A stretch of DNA of 63,387 bases, the filler included, from Rhabdomonas costata (Eukaryota), in assembly GCA_019059605.1 (NCBI GenBank). It is 46 parts of 46 records of this genome, joined end to end, with 100 filler letters (N's around TTAATTAATTAA, not from the genome) between each part and the next. Parts side by side here need not be neighbours in the genome. Positions count along the whole stretch, not along the records: positions 12,424 to 13,704 come from JAHMHO010020832.1; positions 13,805 to 15,084 come from JAHMHO010020833.1; positions 15,185 to 16,464 come from JAHMHO010020834.1; positions 16,565 to 17,842 come from JAHMHO010020835.1; positions 17,943 to 19,222 come from JAHMHO010020836.1; positions 19,323 to 20,602 come from JAHMHO010020837.1; positions 20,703 to 21,982 come from JAHMHO010020838.1; positions 22,083 to 23,362 come from JAHMHO010020839.1; 38 more parts are not named here. One strand, written 5' to 3'. Below are positions 12,802 through 25,046 of the stretch, in pieces. The notes below the pieces were generated by a model that was not told where the DNA came from, did no database searches, and was given only the letters and a program-made list of their open reading frames with translations. Every line of letters starts with the position of its first letter. The stretch's first letter is position 1. The position numbers and the translations under genes were made by a program.

Positions 12802-12833
12802 CATGAAGAATCGTGGAGCATCAGTACTTCCAG
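12630..12833. repeat. Long inverted repeat (hairpin C): 81-bp stem containing (GCTT)12/(AAGC)12
   Basis: 12630-12710 pairs with 12753-12833 with a single G.T pair (12703/12760); 42-nt loop. Confidence 0.97.
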
Positions 12834-15800
12834 GGCAGCAATGGGGAAAGGTAAGCAGACAATGGGCAGTGAATGGAGGAAGGGAAGGAGTGAGAAAAGG
12901 AAGAGGATGGCGAAGAAAGGTCCAGAGAGACGGATGGCGCCGGGAGTGCAACAGAAAGATAGAAAATGGGAAAACGGAGGCACGTCACATCAAGAAATCA
13001 AACAAGAGAAAAAACGGTCTGCAATGGAGAGAGAAAACGGTATGCAATTCAAAGGAAGCAACACCGATAGCAAGAATGTTCAGACGTTTGTTCAGCTGAG
13101 CGGGCAAGAAAAAAACGGGGATAAGTGCAGGAAGCAGCAAGCAAAGACAAGAAAATGCATGTGTAAGACAGTCGTCAATTATCCTGCTCCAAAAGCCATA
13201 TAAACTGTGCTTGTCCACAAAAACTCCAGGTAAAGCTCATCCAAACCTGATGCGAAAGACCTGCGACAAAGAAAAACGCATTTTTTGAGGAGGAAACCTA
13301 TTTAAGGGAGGTGCACGAATGGACCTTTAGACCATCGCAGCAGAGACAACAATTCTGACTTCCCATTCTCATCAGCACCACTTGCACTTTCGGGTAGGTT
13401 CACACGTGGTACGGCCCGACAATCCTGCCTTTGGTCACTCAAAACCACTGATCGGGCCTGCACCCAACTTCCGTGGCGCAGTACGGGACCTCCAACCTCA
13501 ACTTTTCAACGTGAACATCGGATAGATGGGGCCATGAGTGAAAAAACTTTACGAGAGGAAGCTATCATTTTGTGCCCCGAAAAGTTCGCCACCCGAGTCC
13601 CATTAGTGCAGATTGAGAAACCAACTCATTGGTGCTAATGAATGAGCAAATACGGTTTTGTGCATGCCTCATCCCAGCCAGCGGATAACAGGCAAACCAA
13701 AAACNNNNNNNNNNNNNNNNNNNNNNNNNNNNNNNNNNNNNNNNNNNNTTAATTAATTAANNNNNNNNNNNNNNNNNNNNNNNNNNNNNNNNNNNNNNNN
13801 NNNNGGGGCTTTGATCTCTTGCGAAACTCGATGGTCCCCTTCCGTCCGTCCGTCCTGCAGGGTAGCCCCGACCTGGCGGTCCACGCTGTCCAGGTGGTAC
13901 CCCGTTATCCCCAGCCTGGAGGTCTTCGCATGGTGTCTGGGCAACCCTTAAATGGGCATACAGCATTGCTAGGGGCTTGTGCGTAACAAACAGAAAAAAA
14001 GGTGTGGCAGCGGTTTTTCATACTGAAGATCAAGGGATTCAATAACGGTTCCTCTCACCCACTCCCGCTGGCCGATGTGGGCTTGGCGGCAGGTAGCACC
14101 ATACCTCGCTTTCAGACCAGATTGTGGGCAAAGCAGTAGGGCATCGCGGAATGCAAGGTTCACTCTCTCCTTGCCTGACGTGCTTGCTAATGTGTGTGGA
14201 GCGTACGGCGTGCTGGCTGAAGCGGAAGGGAAAGCAGCACAGTCAAGTCACAGCAGTGTGGTCCATTGCCAGCTGCGCACATGAGCCTGCTGGCTAGTCT
14301 GGTGCAAACACTTGCAGGCGCAACCACTCAATGTATCGTAGTCAATCACAATTTATCAAAGTGAAGACTGTTAAATGATGGGTTTGTTGGAAGACAGTAA
14401 GTGAATGAAGTTGAAGTGGGGTAAGTTTTTAAATGGCGCATATCGATTAAAATACGAGCTTGTGTAGCAAACGTAAAAGTGGGAAAGCAGAAGAGCTGAG
14501 CCGAAGTGTAATGGCAAAGCAGAAGTCATTGTAGGTAAGAGTAAAAATGAATTGAGTGGTTGGATTAAAACTCCATGTGAGTTGGGAAGGTACGAAGCTG
14601 TCTAAAAGCATATTTGAGGTATTCGAGCACGCAGAAGGTGGCTCTCGGAGAACCACATAACCTTTCATCCACTCTCGGAGTTTTCTTTTGTCATTGCAGA
14701 GGTCCAGGATATCATACAGTGTCAACGTGAGCAACAACAGGAGCCTTAAAGAAAAACGGTTCACTGCTGAACGTGTGCCGAATAAGCATCCACATTGTAT
14801 GTGTCATAGTTTTCTGTGAATAATGCTGATATAGAGGGAGTTTAAATATTAGGCATTACTTTCGTTGTGTACCACAGTGAAAGTATGAAAAGCTCTCTAA
14901 CTTCAAGCGAGAAGAATAGCAAAATTCGAACATAGGTAATGCTCCATAACACCAGGTGAGAAGAATAACAAAATCCCACGCACGAGAATCACTGAAAGTA
15001 TCCGTATCGGATGTGATCGTTTCTTATCATTTTCAACTACATCCAGAAGGTCATAAAGCGAAAGCGTCTCAAATAAACACCTACNNNNNNNNNNNNNNNN
15101 NNNNNNNNNNNNNNNNNNNNNNNNNNNNTTAATTAATTAANNNNNNNNNNNNNNNNNNNNNNNNNNNNNNNNNNNNNNNNNNNNTGTTTTTGAGGTCTCA
15201 GGAGAGCGTGGGAGATATATGCAAATCGTTTGCGGAACGCAAGTATACAATTCGCAGGTTGGCGTCAGGTGTCAGCGCGGATCAAAAGCCTCTGTTTCAT
15301 ATCATCTGTCCAAACCAGTCAGAAACTCATATCATAAAGTGATCTTGATGCAATCTTGGAAACTCCAAGTGTAACTTAAACATGGTGAACCTTATGAATC
15401 TTAATCAAAGACGAGAACGGAGGCCACCCACGAAAGACGGAAGAGAAGAAACCTCAGCCTCAGCTTCTGGCACGTGTTTGAAATTGGGTGGACTCCATAT
15501 ATATTGACGTCCTCGCCCAGTCGAGGGAGAGGCAACTCTCGTCCCGCCCCAAGCAAAACTTTCCTTGTCAAATGTGGGTGTCAGCGTGTTCCTGGTGGGA
15601 GATGTAATGCGCGATGCTCGCGAAGCGCGCGAATGTTGACGCGAGTCTATTCGGGACAGTGAAATGCATCGTGTTCACCTTTTGCAAACGCGAGGTGAAA
15701 AAACATGCCAAACTACGCTATCTCGTTGACCTGGCGGTCCCATCTTTGGGAGGAATGTGTTTCAGCACTTTCGTTTAAGAATGTGGCAAACACACGGAAG

Positions 15801-16779
15801 ATTGAGAGATAGAGACTCGCAAAACCCTCACACTTCGCCCACTCTCACTCTCCTCCTGCTCTACCTCCCTGCCGAACTGTCCACTGTCACGTCGTGGAAG
15901 GCCTCTCTTGCGTGAAGGTTGTTCTAACCGACACCGTACTCACGTCGTCTCGACCACAACCGCGCAGACGTCCTTGGCGCTTCGCAGAAAGCTCGCCGTA
16001 GAGCTTCGGCTTTTCTGTCTTTCTTGAGCCTGAACATCCGCTGCCGCCTCTGCCGTCACCGCCGCACTCTCAAACGCGAAGGGAGCAGCGGGTGAACTAC
16101 AGAGATGTTCCTATTGTCGTAGACATCTCTAGACCCGGTGGACACCCCTCCTTAGTCCTCTTCTTACCGAACAGATGTCTAAACACTCAGAGATGAACGC
16201 TGAAATGTTCCCGATCATGATCGCGTGCTTGAATGTTTACATTTACATCGGGCTTCAAGCTGGGTGTTGATAAAACTCCACAGCGCTGCTACCTTTCTCC
16301 AAGTCTCCGTGTTTGGACTTCTTTAGGGCTTTTGAGGGCTTTTTCATCATCATTGTGCAATTTTGCGGACTTTTTCCCGAGTATTCTTTGCGAAAGTTGC
16401 AAAGCTTGAAATTTTAATGGGGTAAACTGGATTACATCGTGATGGGGACGATAATTTGGTCCGTNNNNNNNNNNNNNNNNNNNNNNNNNNNNNNNNNNNN
16501 NNNNNNNNTTAATTAATTAANNNNNNNNNNNNNNNNNNNNNNNNNNNNNNNNNNNNNNNNNNNNGGGTGGGGGTGGGGGCAAACAATGTTGTGAACGGTG
16601 AAGCAATAGTAACGAGTAGCGATCACGTATTCTGAGGTAGGTTTTTGGGATCTAGGGCCTCTTAGTTACACTATGGGTGTGGGAGCGTGTTCGGCATCAG
16701 AAAGTCCAAGCAAGAAGCTCTGAGCCTGCCGTCGCCCAATTCTAAAAGGTTTCAGTACTTCACCGTGCACGGTTTGGGC

Positions 16780-17060
16780 AGTGTGTGGGCTTATTTGTAT
16801 TCCTACATACCACCATGGCGGATGGTGAGGGGATGATGATGATGTGTTCTCTCCTGAAATCCAGGGGGTACCCCATTTGGTACTCATCTGGTCTGGTTGC
16901 ACCCCATTCGCCATTCGAATATTGACAGGCAAGCGGCAAATTTCTTTTTTATTCTGAACAAAACTCTTTTTACCCTATATTTACGCAGCTGGCCTCAATG
17001 CTGTAGTCTGAAGTCTGTAGTGTGTGTATGGATACATGAAGCCCAAAGGTGACAGGTCGC
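16780..17060 (-). mobile_element. Possible highly decayed LTR-retrotransposon aspartic protease remnant
   Basis: PVNIRMANG and WGTPW resemble gypsy protease motifs (VxxANG, LGxPW), but the catalytic DSG is not intact and frames are broken. Confidence 0.25.
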
Positions 17061-17641
17061 CTGACAGGCAAAAAATAAGGGTTGTATATGCGCATTGTTC
17101 GCCGAAGGCGCGGCGATTTTTCGGTGCAAATCTCCCGTCCTTGCGGTTCTAGCACAACAGCACGTTTCGGCGTATAGTCGTTTTGAACGGTCTCTTTGAA
17201 GGGGAAATAAGTGTTTTCTCGCGCGGATGGACTGCACTTTGAATCCCAAACATCAGGCGATACACCAAAGGGGTACAAAAGGAGCACAGAGCTGCTCAGT
17301 GAGGGCCGGCTTCGCGTCTTTTATACAGTGCACACTAACAGCGCTTCCGCTTCCCAACACAAAAGCTATCATCCATTCTTGTACAGAGCCCGTCATTGGT
17401 TGAAAGGGAGCCGAGGCATCCATGAAACTGAAAACGAAAACGGGTGTGCATAGGTCTGAGAGTAGTAGCTCAGCCCTTGAACGCTCGTGTGCTCTGTCGT
17501 GTTCTGGCAAAATCTCAGTTTACGAGGAGCCTAAACCCAGTGACCTGCTGGCACTTGTGGAGCAGTGTATCAAAGGTCAGAGAAGAGATTATTAGATCTC
17601 GCAGGGGGTTAGGACGACTTGTATCTGGAGGGGGGCGGTCC

Positions 17642-17664
17642 GGGTTAGGGTTAGGGTTAGGGTT
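17642..17664 (+). repeat. Short interstitial telomere-like repeat (TTAGGG)3
   Basis: gggttagggttagggttagggtt. Confidence 0.7.
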
Positions 17665-18269
17665 CCCCCCCCCCCGGGAACTTGTTTCGTGTTAGGGTTC
17701 TTTACACAGCTCTTTCACCATGTTTCCTGCTGATGATCTGACTGCTCTTTGCTCTGACCAAGTGACCAAGGTGCCAAGATCCCCTATTGAAAGGTTTCTT
17801 ATGCTCCGTTCTTCTGGGGGGAACCTGCCTTTGATACACTGCNNNNNNNNNNNNNNNNNNNNNNNNNNNNNNNNNNNNNNNNNNNNTTAATTAATTAANN
17901 NNNNNNNNNNNNNNNNNNNNNNNNNNNNNNNNNNNNNNNNNNTTGTTTTTGTGCGCATTTTCCCACGTGGAAATCCGTCGGAGTGCTTTTGTGTATTGGA
18001 AAGGCAATGAAAGATGACAAATGACGGTAATACTGTGGGAGTCAACTTTTGGAGGGTGTTAAGGAGAAAAAAGGAGGCTGGCACCCGCAACCACTTTCCA
18101 AAACAGGATGACCGAAAATTCACAACAAAAGGGTCCACAGTGGAACCATTTCTTCTTCTTTCTTCTTCTTCTACCAGAAAGCCTGCTAGACGAAGCCATT
18201 CAAAAAAGGGATGTGCGGGGTCGCAAGCTTGTGTCGGAGAACCGTCTCGACCCTGTAGACATAAGCTCG

Positions 18270-19107
18270 ACCTCAGGTCCCGTGCCGAACCAAAAATGCA
18301 GGCTCTCATTACCTAGTCCTGAGTCCAAGCTGTTTCCACGGCGCCCCGCTTGGCATCGTGCTGTTGCAATCTTCTGAAGGCATTGTTAGTTGATCCCACG
18401 TAGCAGACGAGGTGGGCGCGGCTTTCCAGAATGTAGACCATATTTACATCTGGAGGTGGTTGGTAAACAGTGGGGAGAAGTCTCGTAAATCGGTTCAGGT
18501 AGAGGAGGAAGAGGAGGATTTGGCTCGCTCAAAATCAGGTTTACCTTGAAACACCAGTCGTCCACCGTTGCATGCCAGTACGCATGCAACGACAGAAGCA
18601 GGCGGATGTTCTCGGGGTTGAAACTGCAAAAAATAATCTGGCTCAATCTTTCCACCTTGGTGAGCAACGTGAAAAGCATTGCCTCGACCACACCTGGTTC
18701 TCCAATTTGTCGCCAGCGCTGGTGGCAATGCATGACTCAGTATTCCCAGTAGTCATCTACCGTTGTTGCACAGGCCAATTCCAAAGGGAACTGTTCCCGT
18801 TGTGGCAACAGAACATGAAATTAAACGCCAATCAAGAAAACTAGGATACACACACGTTTCAGACAAGAATGTGAGAAGTGAAGATGAAGAAAACGTTGCA
18901 TGCATTTGCAGCGGATCTTGTCACTGACACAGAAGAACCATCAGCGATACAAACCGTGATTTTGTAGTCGGAGATGCAGCGAACGGTTGCAATGGTCCCA
19001 TTGCGAATTAGCCTTCTTGCAGCCCACGTGTTGAGGGAAAAAACCACTCTCATCCGCAATAACATTGACTGCAGGAAGAAGGCCGGAAAACGATCAAGTG
19101 CTCTCAC
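18270..19107 (-). mobile_element. Decayed PIF1-like helicase C-terminus fused to a GIY-YIG endonuclease (probable Helitron-like element)
   Basis: In order: RVVFSLN..IRNGTIATV (Pif1 2B region), REQFPLELACATTV (motif V, 18799-18758), MLFTLLTKVERLSQI (motif VI), then VYILES...YVGSTNNAFRRLQQH...GA..T (GIY-YIG, from 18441). No introns; stops and frameshifts present. Confidence 0.8.
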
Positions 19108-20155
19108 GTTGCTGACGTACGCGGTTCTCTTCCAGTGCCCTGCGTGAATGGAGTAGTCCTCAGCTGAGTATGAGCGTTTGTCCTGCTAAGCAGACGCAAA
19201 CGTTTGTTCTCTCGCTGCAATTNNNNNNNNNNNNNNNNNNNNNNNNNNNNNNNNNNNNNNNNNNNNTTAATTAATTAANNNNNNNNNNNNNNNNNNNNNN
19301 NNNNNNNNNNNNNNNNNNNNNNGTTGGTGTGTCGATCAGAATTCACTCGTGGTTTTCTGACCCTTGCATGGTGTCAGCCATTATCTTCTCACCGGTCCTT
19401 TCTAAAGACTCGGGCCTCATACCGTTTAGGAGTTATACTGTGGTACAAGGTGGGTAGAAGGGGAGGGATTTCCACCTTGAGGAGTGGCATAGGTCAAAGG
19501 GAGAGCCACGGACACGGCCTCGTCGTACGTCACAATCCCCAGCTGGTCGTCCTCCCTAAGGCTGCGGATGACAAACTTGAGGGTCTTCTTTACCTAATGG
19601 GCGAGTGTGGGGTGTTAGTGGCACCTATTTTTTTACTTTCACAAGGGACGCATCAGTACGTGCATCCGGCTGCGGGGGTATTGCCAAAGTATTGCCGAAA
19701 CGCCATGAAGCGGCGCCAAGTGTGTCAACCTCGATGTAACAAATGGGTGGGAAGGAAGACCGGGTATCAGGGTCCAAGCCCTTATGATTCCTTGGAAGAG
19801 AGAAAAGGGCTTGCCTCACATGCCGTCACACACACTAATGCACACAACTTCATTCTTTGATGTATATTCCTCGGTTAACCCCCCCTCCCCTTCCCCCTCC
19901 CGGTGTGGCCCCTGGTTCCCCATACTCTCCTCTCCCTTCGAAGCAAAGGGGAGGGGCTCTGAGAATGGGGCCGCGCACCCCCCGTGCTCGGGGCTCGAGG
20001 TATCTTGGGGCGCTGGGCTAAGGGGTTGAGTCTCCGCTCCCTTTCTCTCTCCACTTCTTTCCCGCACATTTATTTCAACCGCAAACCCGAGAACAGCTTC
20101 CTCGCTGAAATGGTGGGGATGCTAGTAGTGTTTTTTATTTTTTGCCGGTGCTCAG

Positions 20156-20546
20156 GTCATTCCCTCAAAGCAACGCCCCCGCAAGCTGACCATCCACGGC
20201 AGCGACGGCAACGACTACACGTTTCTCCTCAAAGGCCATGAGGACCTCCGGCAAGTATCGTTTGACACCCACAAAAACTACACACGCACACGCACATGCA
20301 CGCACACTTGCAGTGAAGAAAGTAGCAGACGTTGTCCCGACAGCAGTGCCGGTGGGCTATGAAATGTCATCACCTCGGCATCGCGGTCTTTCTTCCTGGT
20401 GCGATCCTCTCTTCATTCCCCAACCTTGCCACTCTTCGACCCCATTCCCAATTCATCTCTTCCTCCATTCCTGCGCCGCGGCTCAGGACCAGCGTGTGAT
20501 GCAGCTCTTTGGGCTCGTCAACACCCTCCTGGCAAACGATACGGAG
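20156..20546 (+). CDS. TOR: Target of rapamycin kinase fragment (exons 20156-20254, 20487-20546)
   Basis: [53 protein letters not shown], the diagnostic start of the TOR kinase domain; GT-AG intron. Confidence 0.97.
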
Positions 20547-21084
20547 GTATGTGCGGGGGAGGACGGTGTCTGGCGAGTGGCGAGGAGCATAGCCCCAAAA
20601 CCNNNNNNNNNNNNNNNNNNNNNNNNNNNNNNNNNNNNNNNNNNNNTTAATTAATTAANNNNNNNNNNNNNNNNNNNNNNNNNNNNNNNNNNNNNNNNNN
20701 NNTGTGGGGGGGTGAGAGGATGATATGGATTGTAGTGAGAACATTTTCAACCCTCTTCCGGCTCGTCTTCATGCAGGCATGGCCACTGCACTGGTGAGCG
20801 TTTGAAGCGAACCAACGAGTGTGCATCCGCACGCATTTTTGTGACCTTGTAGTCGACTCAGGCTTCGACTGCTTTTTGCTCAGGAGATGGGAAGCATCTG
20901 ACAACCGCTCGCCCCTCAGCATAGCCATCCATGCGGAGCAGCTCGCCTAGTTGTCGGTCGGGGGGGGGGTGATCCTTATCATCGGCAACTGTCACTCGTT
21001 GTTTTCTAAAACGGATTACGTAAGTGTTAGTTCAAAGGGAAGTGTTGTGATTTGGCAAGCTCATTGTGGGCTTTGCTGCCTCAG

Positions 21085-21814
21085 CTCCGACCTGCGCCAC
21101 GGTGACGTCGTGCCCGAAGAAGACCTTGCCGCAACGCAACCCAAGCATGACCTACTGTCGCGCCATGATCTGCGCCACCGAGGAGTGCTGTGTCTCATGT
21201 ATTCCCCTTCTCCGGCTTTTGCTTTCGCACACAAACATATACAAACACATACAATATTATACCGTGCCTTGGGAGTGAGCTGAGCTGAGCTGTGATGCTT
21301 CTGGCTGAGAACGAAGCGTGAATCTGAAGAAGCACCAACCATCTGTGAAAACTGAAGTACAACCGGTAATCCGACAGAAATGTCGCGCCCGAGAGGGTGT
21401 CGAGGGCAGGCATTGTGGAACTTAGAGAAGTTAATCCGCGAGGTGACAACGTTGCGTCTGAGTTAAGTGCCAAGTTATGCAGGGGGAGCAGGCCCATTTG
21501 CAGAGCTTTCACCTAGTGTGCGCCATCGTCATCAGACTTCACGGCATGCTTCTTGATGTGCGAGGTTCATGAAGATACTGAAACTCCTATGGGATTGGTT
21601 GGTCCGTTGGCCTTTGTTCAAGTGATTCCCCACCCTGGCGTGTGTTTCATAATCGACTGCAATCGCGTTCGTGTGCGTCGGGGGGGGGGGTGCTGCATTT
21701 CAGTGCCGACATGTGCCACGATGAACTGCCCGGAGAATACCTTGCTGCGCACAAATCCCTCATCCGTCACTTGCCGCTCTCCGCGGTGCACTGCAGATGA
21801 GTGCTGCGTGGAAG
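21085..21814 (+). CDS. Cysteine-rich repeat (probably secreted or surface) protein, one 6-Cys repeat per exon (21085-21198, 21704-21814)
   Basis: PTCATVTSCPKKTLPQRNPSMTYCRAMICATEECCVS and PTCATMNCPENTLLRTNPSSVTCRSPRCTADECCVE; both are phase 1-1 AG/GT exons. Confidence 0.85.
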
Positions 21815-22159
21815 GTTTGGCCCCCATCACCAATAACCTCTCTTTACACTGCCCTCACGTTGCTCCCGAAGGAAAAATAGGTTGTCCAGTTGGCGCCATC
21901 CTTGTTGCATCGCGCATACGTGCTATTGGATTTGCTTCCGTTTATTTTCTGAATGGTCCAAACACCACCAAACACACCAACANNNNNNNNNNNNNNNNNN
22001 NNNNNNNNNNNNNNNNNNNNNNNNNNTTAATTAATTAANNNNNNNNNNNNNNNNNNNNNNNNNNNNNNNNNNNNNNNNNNNNGGGTGGTTGTGTTACAAA
22101 ACAAGAGACAAAGTGAGAATGAAGGCAAGCTGGAAGGTATTCTGGCTGCTTTTTTTCAG

Positions 22160-23114
22160 TGATGCAGCTGGTTGAGATCATCCGGACTCCCCTGACCAGC
22201 GATGACACCTTCAAGTCCACGGTGGACTGGAGCAAGGCGATCAAGAAGGAGCCCGTGACCTGCGGGGACACCCCAGGTTTGGTTTTTTTTTTGAACTTGC
22301 AGAGAGGAAAGTTCTTTCACTTTTTGCCCGTTTTGTGGGCGTCGTTCGGGCCTTTCCTTGCCAGAAGAACTATTATTTCGGACCCGACTGTCTGCAATGG
22401 GACGGTCGATGGGTGCAATTGCTTCTCAAGCCCGCCACAGTAACATGAGGCACATACACCCAAAAATTTCCAGTCGCAAGAAGGTTTGCACACCCGCACT
22501 GCGGCCTTTGGGGCGCCGGCGCCTTCACAGCACGAAGCCGAACCAAACCCGTCGTACCTTTGGACCCTCACTGCTGACAGAATTTACCAGTCATATCGTT
22601 TGACTGTGTGAAGCGTGGTTTTTAAGCTGCGTGCCACCACGGTTGGAGTTCCTGTGTGTTCCTGCTTTTCCTCCTCTTTTGGTCTTCAGGGTTCATTGTG
22701 AACCGCCTGCTGGTGCCCTACCTTGGCCAGGTTGAAGCTCTCTCTGCACACCAAGGGAGGAAAGGATAGGTGGACAAGCGGTGGGACAAGTTAGACTTGG
22801 TAAACCAATCTTCGAAGCGTGCTAATTGGCAGCTGCTGTGAGCTGCTTCAAAGTCGAAGAGTGACGCTTAATAATAGTCGTCCGTTTTTCTCGTCATTAT
22901 CAACGAGGTCCAGAACAACCTCCGCTCGTCGGCAGCCTCCGCCCAGCCCTTTGTGGCTTTTGGCTACTCAGGCTCTGCTGATGCTGGAGCGTGGCGTGGC
23001 GAGCTTCCCCGACATTGATGTGGCGATGATGGCTGGCGCGAACATGCCCATGGGCCCGTTCGTTCTTGCGGACTACGTCGGGCTGGACACCTGCCTGAGC
23101 ATCCTGGAGGGCTG
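22160..23114 (+). CDS. HADH: 3-hydroxyacyl-CoA dehydrogenase (exons 22160-22276, 22690-22730, 22972-23114)
   Basis: MQLVEII...[51 protein letters not shown]. Confidence 0.97.
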
Positions 23115-24031
23115 GTGTGTGGGGGGGGGGCCTGGGATTGGGTGTGCTTGGTTTTTCTGTTCCGCCCCTGAGATAGAAGCTTTGTGCTGTTTGTCATGGA
23201 GTGTTGCGCCGGATCTTTCTTTTCTTTTTTCTTTTTTTCGCAAATTCCCTCCTTGTTTTCCCTGTTTTTTCAGGAGCAAGCGCTTCCCGAGTATGACGCC
23301 TGTTGCGTTCTGCTGCCTTATTCCACCCCCACCCCCCACTCTCTCGCGTTGATACAAAACAANNNNNNNNNNNNNNNNNNNNNNNNNNNNNNNNNNNNNN
23401 NNNNNNTTAATTAATTAANNNNNNNNNNNNNNNNNNNNNNNNNNNNNNNNNNNNNNNNNNNNGGGGTGTTGGGGACCAGCAGGATTAGGCCGGTGACTGT
23501 TGTCCTAGTGAGTTTTAAAATTGTTAGATTTCAAAGAGGGCCCCAACGACAGTAGAGGTTGAGAAAATAATGCAGGGGAAAAGCTAAAATCAAGTATTAC
23601 GAAAGCAGGTAGCAGAACCTGCTGAAGGCAGTGTATAAAGGATGGTGGACCGACAAATTATGGTACACGGAAAACGGCGGAGTGCACACCATGGAGGCTC
23701 CCATCTGAACGATACCAAAAGACACCCTGACCACTCCTGCAGCCGTCCACTTTCGAACACGGGGTCGCCTGTGTCGTTTCGTTGTGAGACCAAGTGGGCA
23801 GGGACTGATGCACACAACCACTGGAAGCAATCCCACGCATCTTTCGCGCGTCGAATTCCACTCCTTGGAAGACACCCAGCAGCTGAGAACGGTTTGCCCT
23901 CGATACACAACCGAACTCACCAAGCAGACAATACCACCACAGAGTGATTGACAGCAAACTCATCGCCGAATTTCCCCCAACACTATCAATGGTATTGTAC
24001 AGTGGGGGTAGAGGTACATGGGCCCCCATCG

Positions 24032-24253
24032 CTATGTCCTACAGTGTCTGCTGTTGCTCTCTCGGGGCCGAGGCGGGGCCTCCAGAAGCTTCCCGTACAC
24101 CTCGAAGCAGCTCATCACAAGGGCGGAGGTGCCGGTGGAGTTGCCCCGCGGGGCCAGCACCACCCGGAAGTCAGTGAAGTAGCGGCCTCCACAGTCGACC
24201 TCCCAGCTTCCCACAAAGCTGCTGCCATTCAGAGTGCGATCTTCCACGTGCCG
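24032..24253 (-). CDS. Terminal exon with a HECTD1-type galactose-binding-like (F5/8, SUN-like) domain
   Basis: RHVEDRTLNG...GSWEV...YFTDFRVV..PRGNSTGTSALVMSCFEVYG resembles the H..D..L...W....R....G.N.S....L..S.FE.YG pattern; AG acceptor. Confidence 0.7.
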   Translation of the reverse strand, partial: RHVEDRTLNGSSFVGSWEVDCGGRYFTDFRVVLAPRGNSTGTSALVMSCFEVYGKLLEAPPRPRESNSRHCRT

Positions 24254-25046
24254 CTGTGCGCACCAGTACAAAAGGAGACAAGGCCCCAAGTCTCTGGTCC
24301 GGCATGAGAGGGAGGGGGAGCCTCGTTGTGGCAGTCCTCTGCCCCCCTCGCTGCACCTCTCAGCGGTATGGCACCCCCCACATATACCCATGCACACTCA
24401 TCCTTTCTCTTTTGCCGGTTTATCATGTGCATAGGTCCACATTTTTAGAATCGGTCGACAGAGATCAACTCAGGCTAGAGTTGGTAGGAACCCTTACGTT
24501 ACTGAGCATGACTTCTCAAGCACCTAACCTTTCGGCGGTGTCATGTGGCCGAAAAAAAACGGTTGTGCAACGCTTGCCCCTATGCACCTGGGTAGCCCCT
24601 CTCTTTGAAGTGCAGGTCAGTCCTTCATTCATTAATCAAGGGAAGAAAAAATCCACTCTGCATTCTTTGTGAAGGTTACCTTTGCTTTCACCACGGCAAA
24701 ACCAAGATAAAAAAGGACTTTGATAAGATAACAAAAAGGAGTNNNNNNNNNNNNNNNNNNNNNNNNNNNNNNNNNNNNNNNNNNNNTTAATTAATTAANN
24801 NNNNNNNNNNNNNNNNNNNNNNNNNNNNNNNNNNNNNNNNNNGTTTGTGTCGCGAAGGAAGGAAGGACGTACTTATCTGCGCGAAATATTGAGCACGCAG
24901 GGCCACCTCCTTTAAATCCGGAATCCGATCAGCTACTCTTTTGGTGCTTATTTATAACTCTATATCTATAACTCCGCTGAGACATTCTCACTGTGAGTCC
25001 ACTCGCTTCAACCTGGAGGGGTTTATATCTGGTGTTGTTTGTGCAG

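Noticed and set aside
12544-13099. ORFs with ACLL/QASK repeats
   Set aside because: These are translations of the GCTT microsatellite hairpin.
14447-14764. LYDILDLCNDKRKLREWMKG...PPSAC as a Merlin/IS1595-like transposase N-terminus
   Set aside because: The resemblance is weak; no DDE domain or TIRs are visible.
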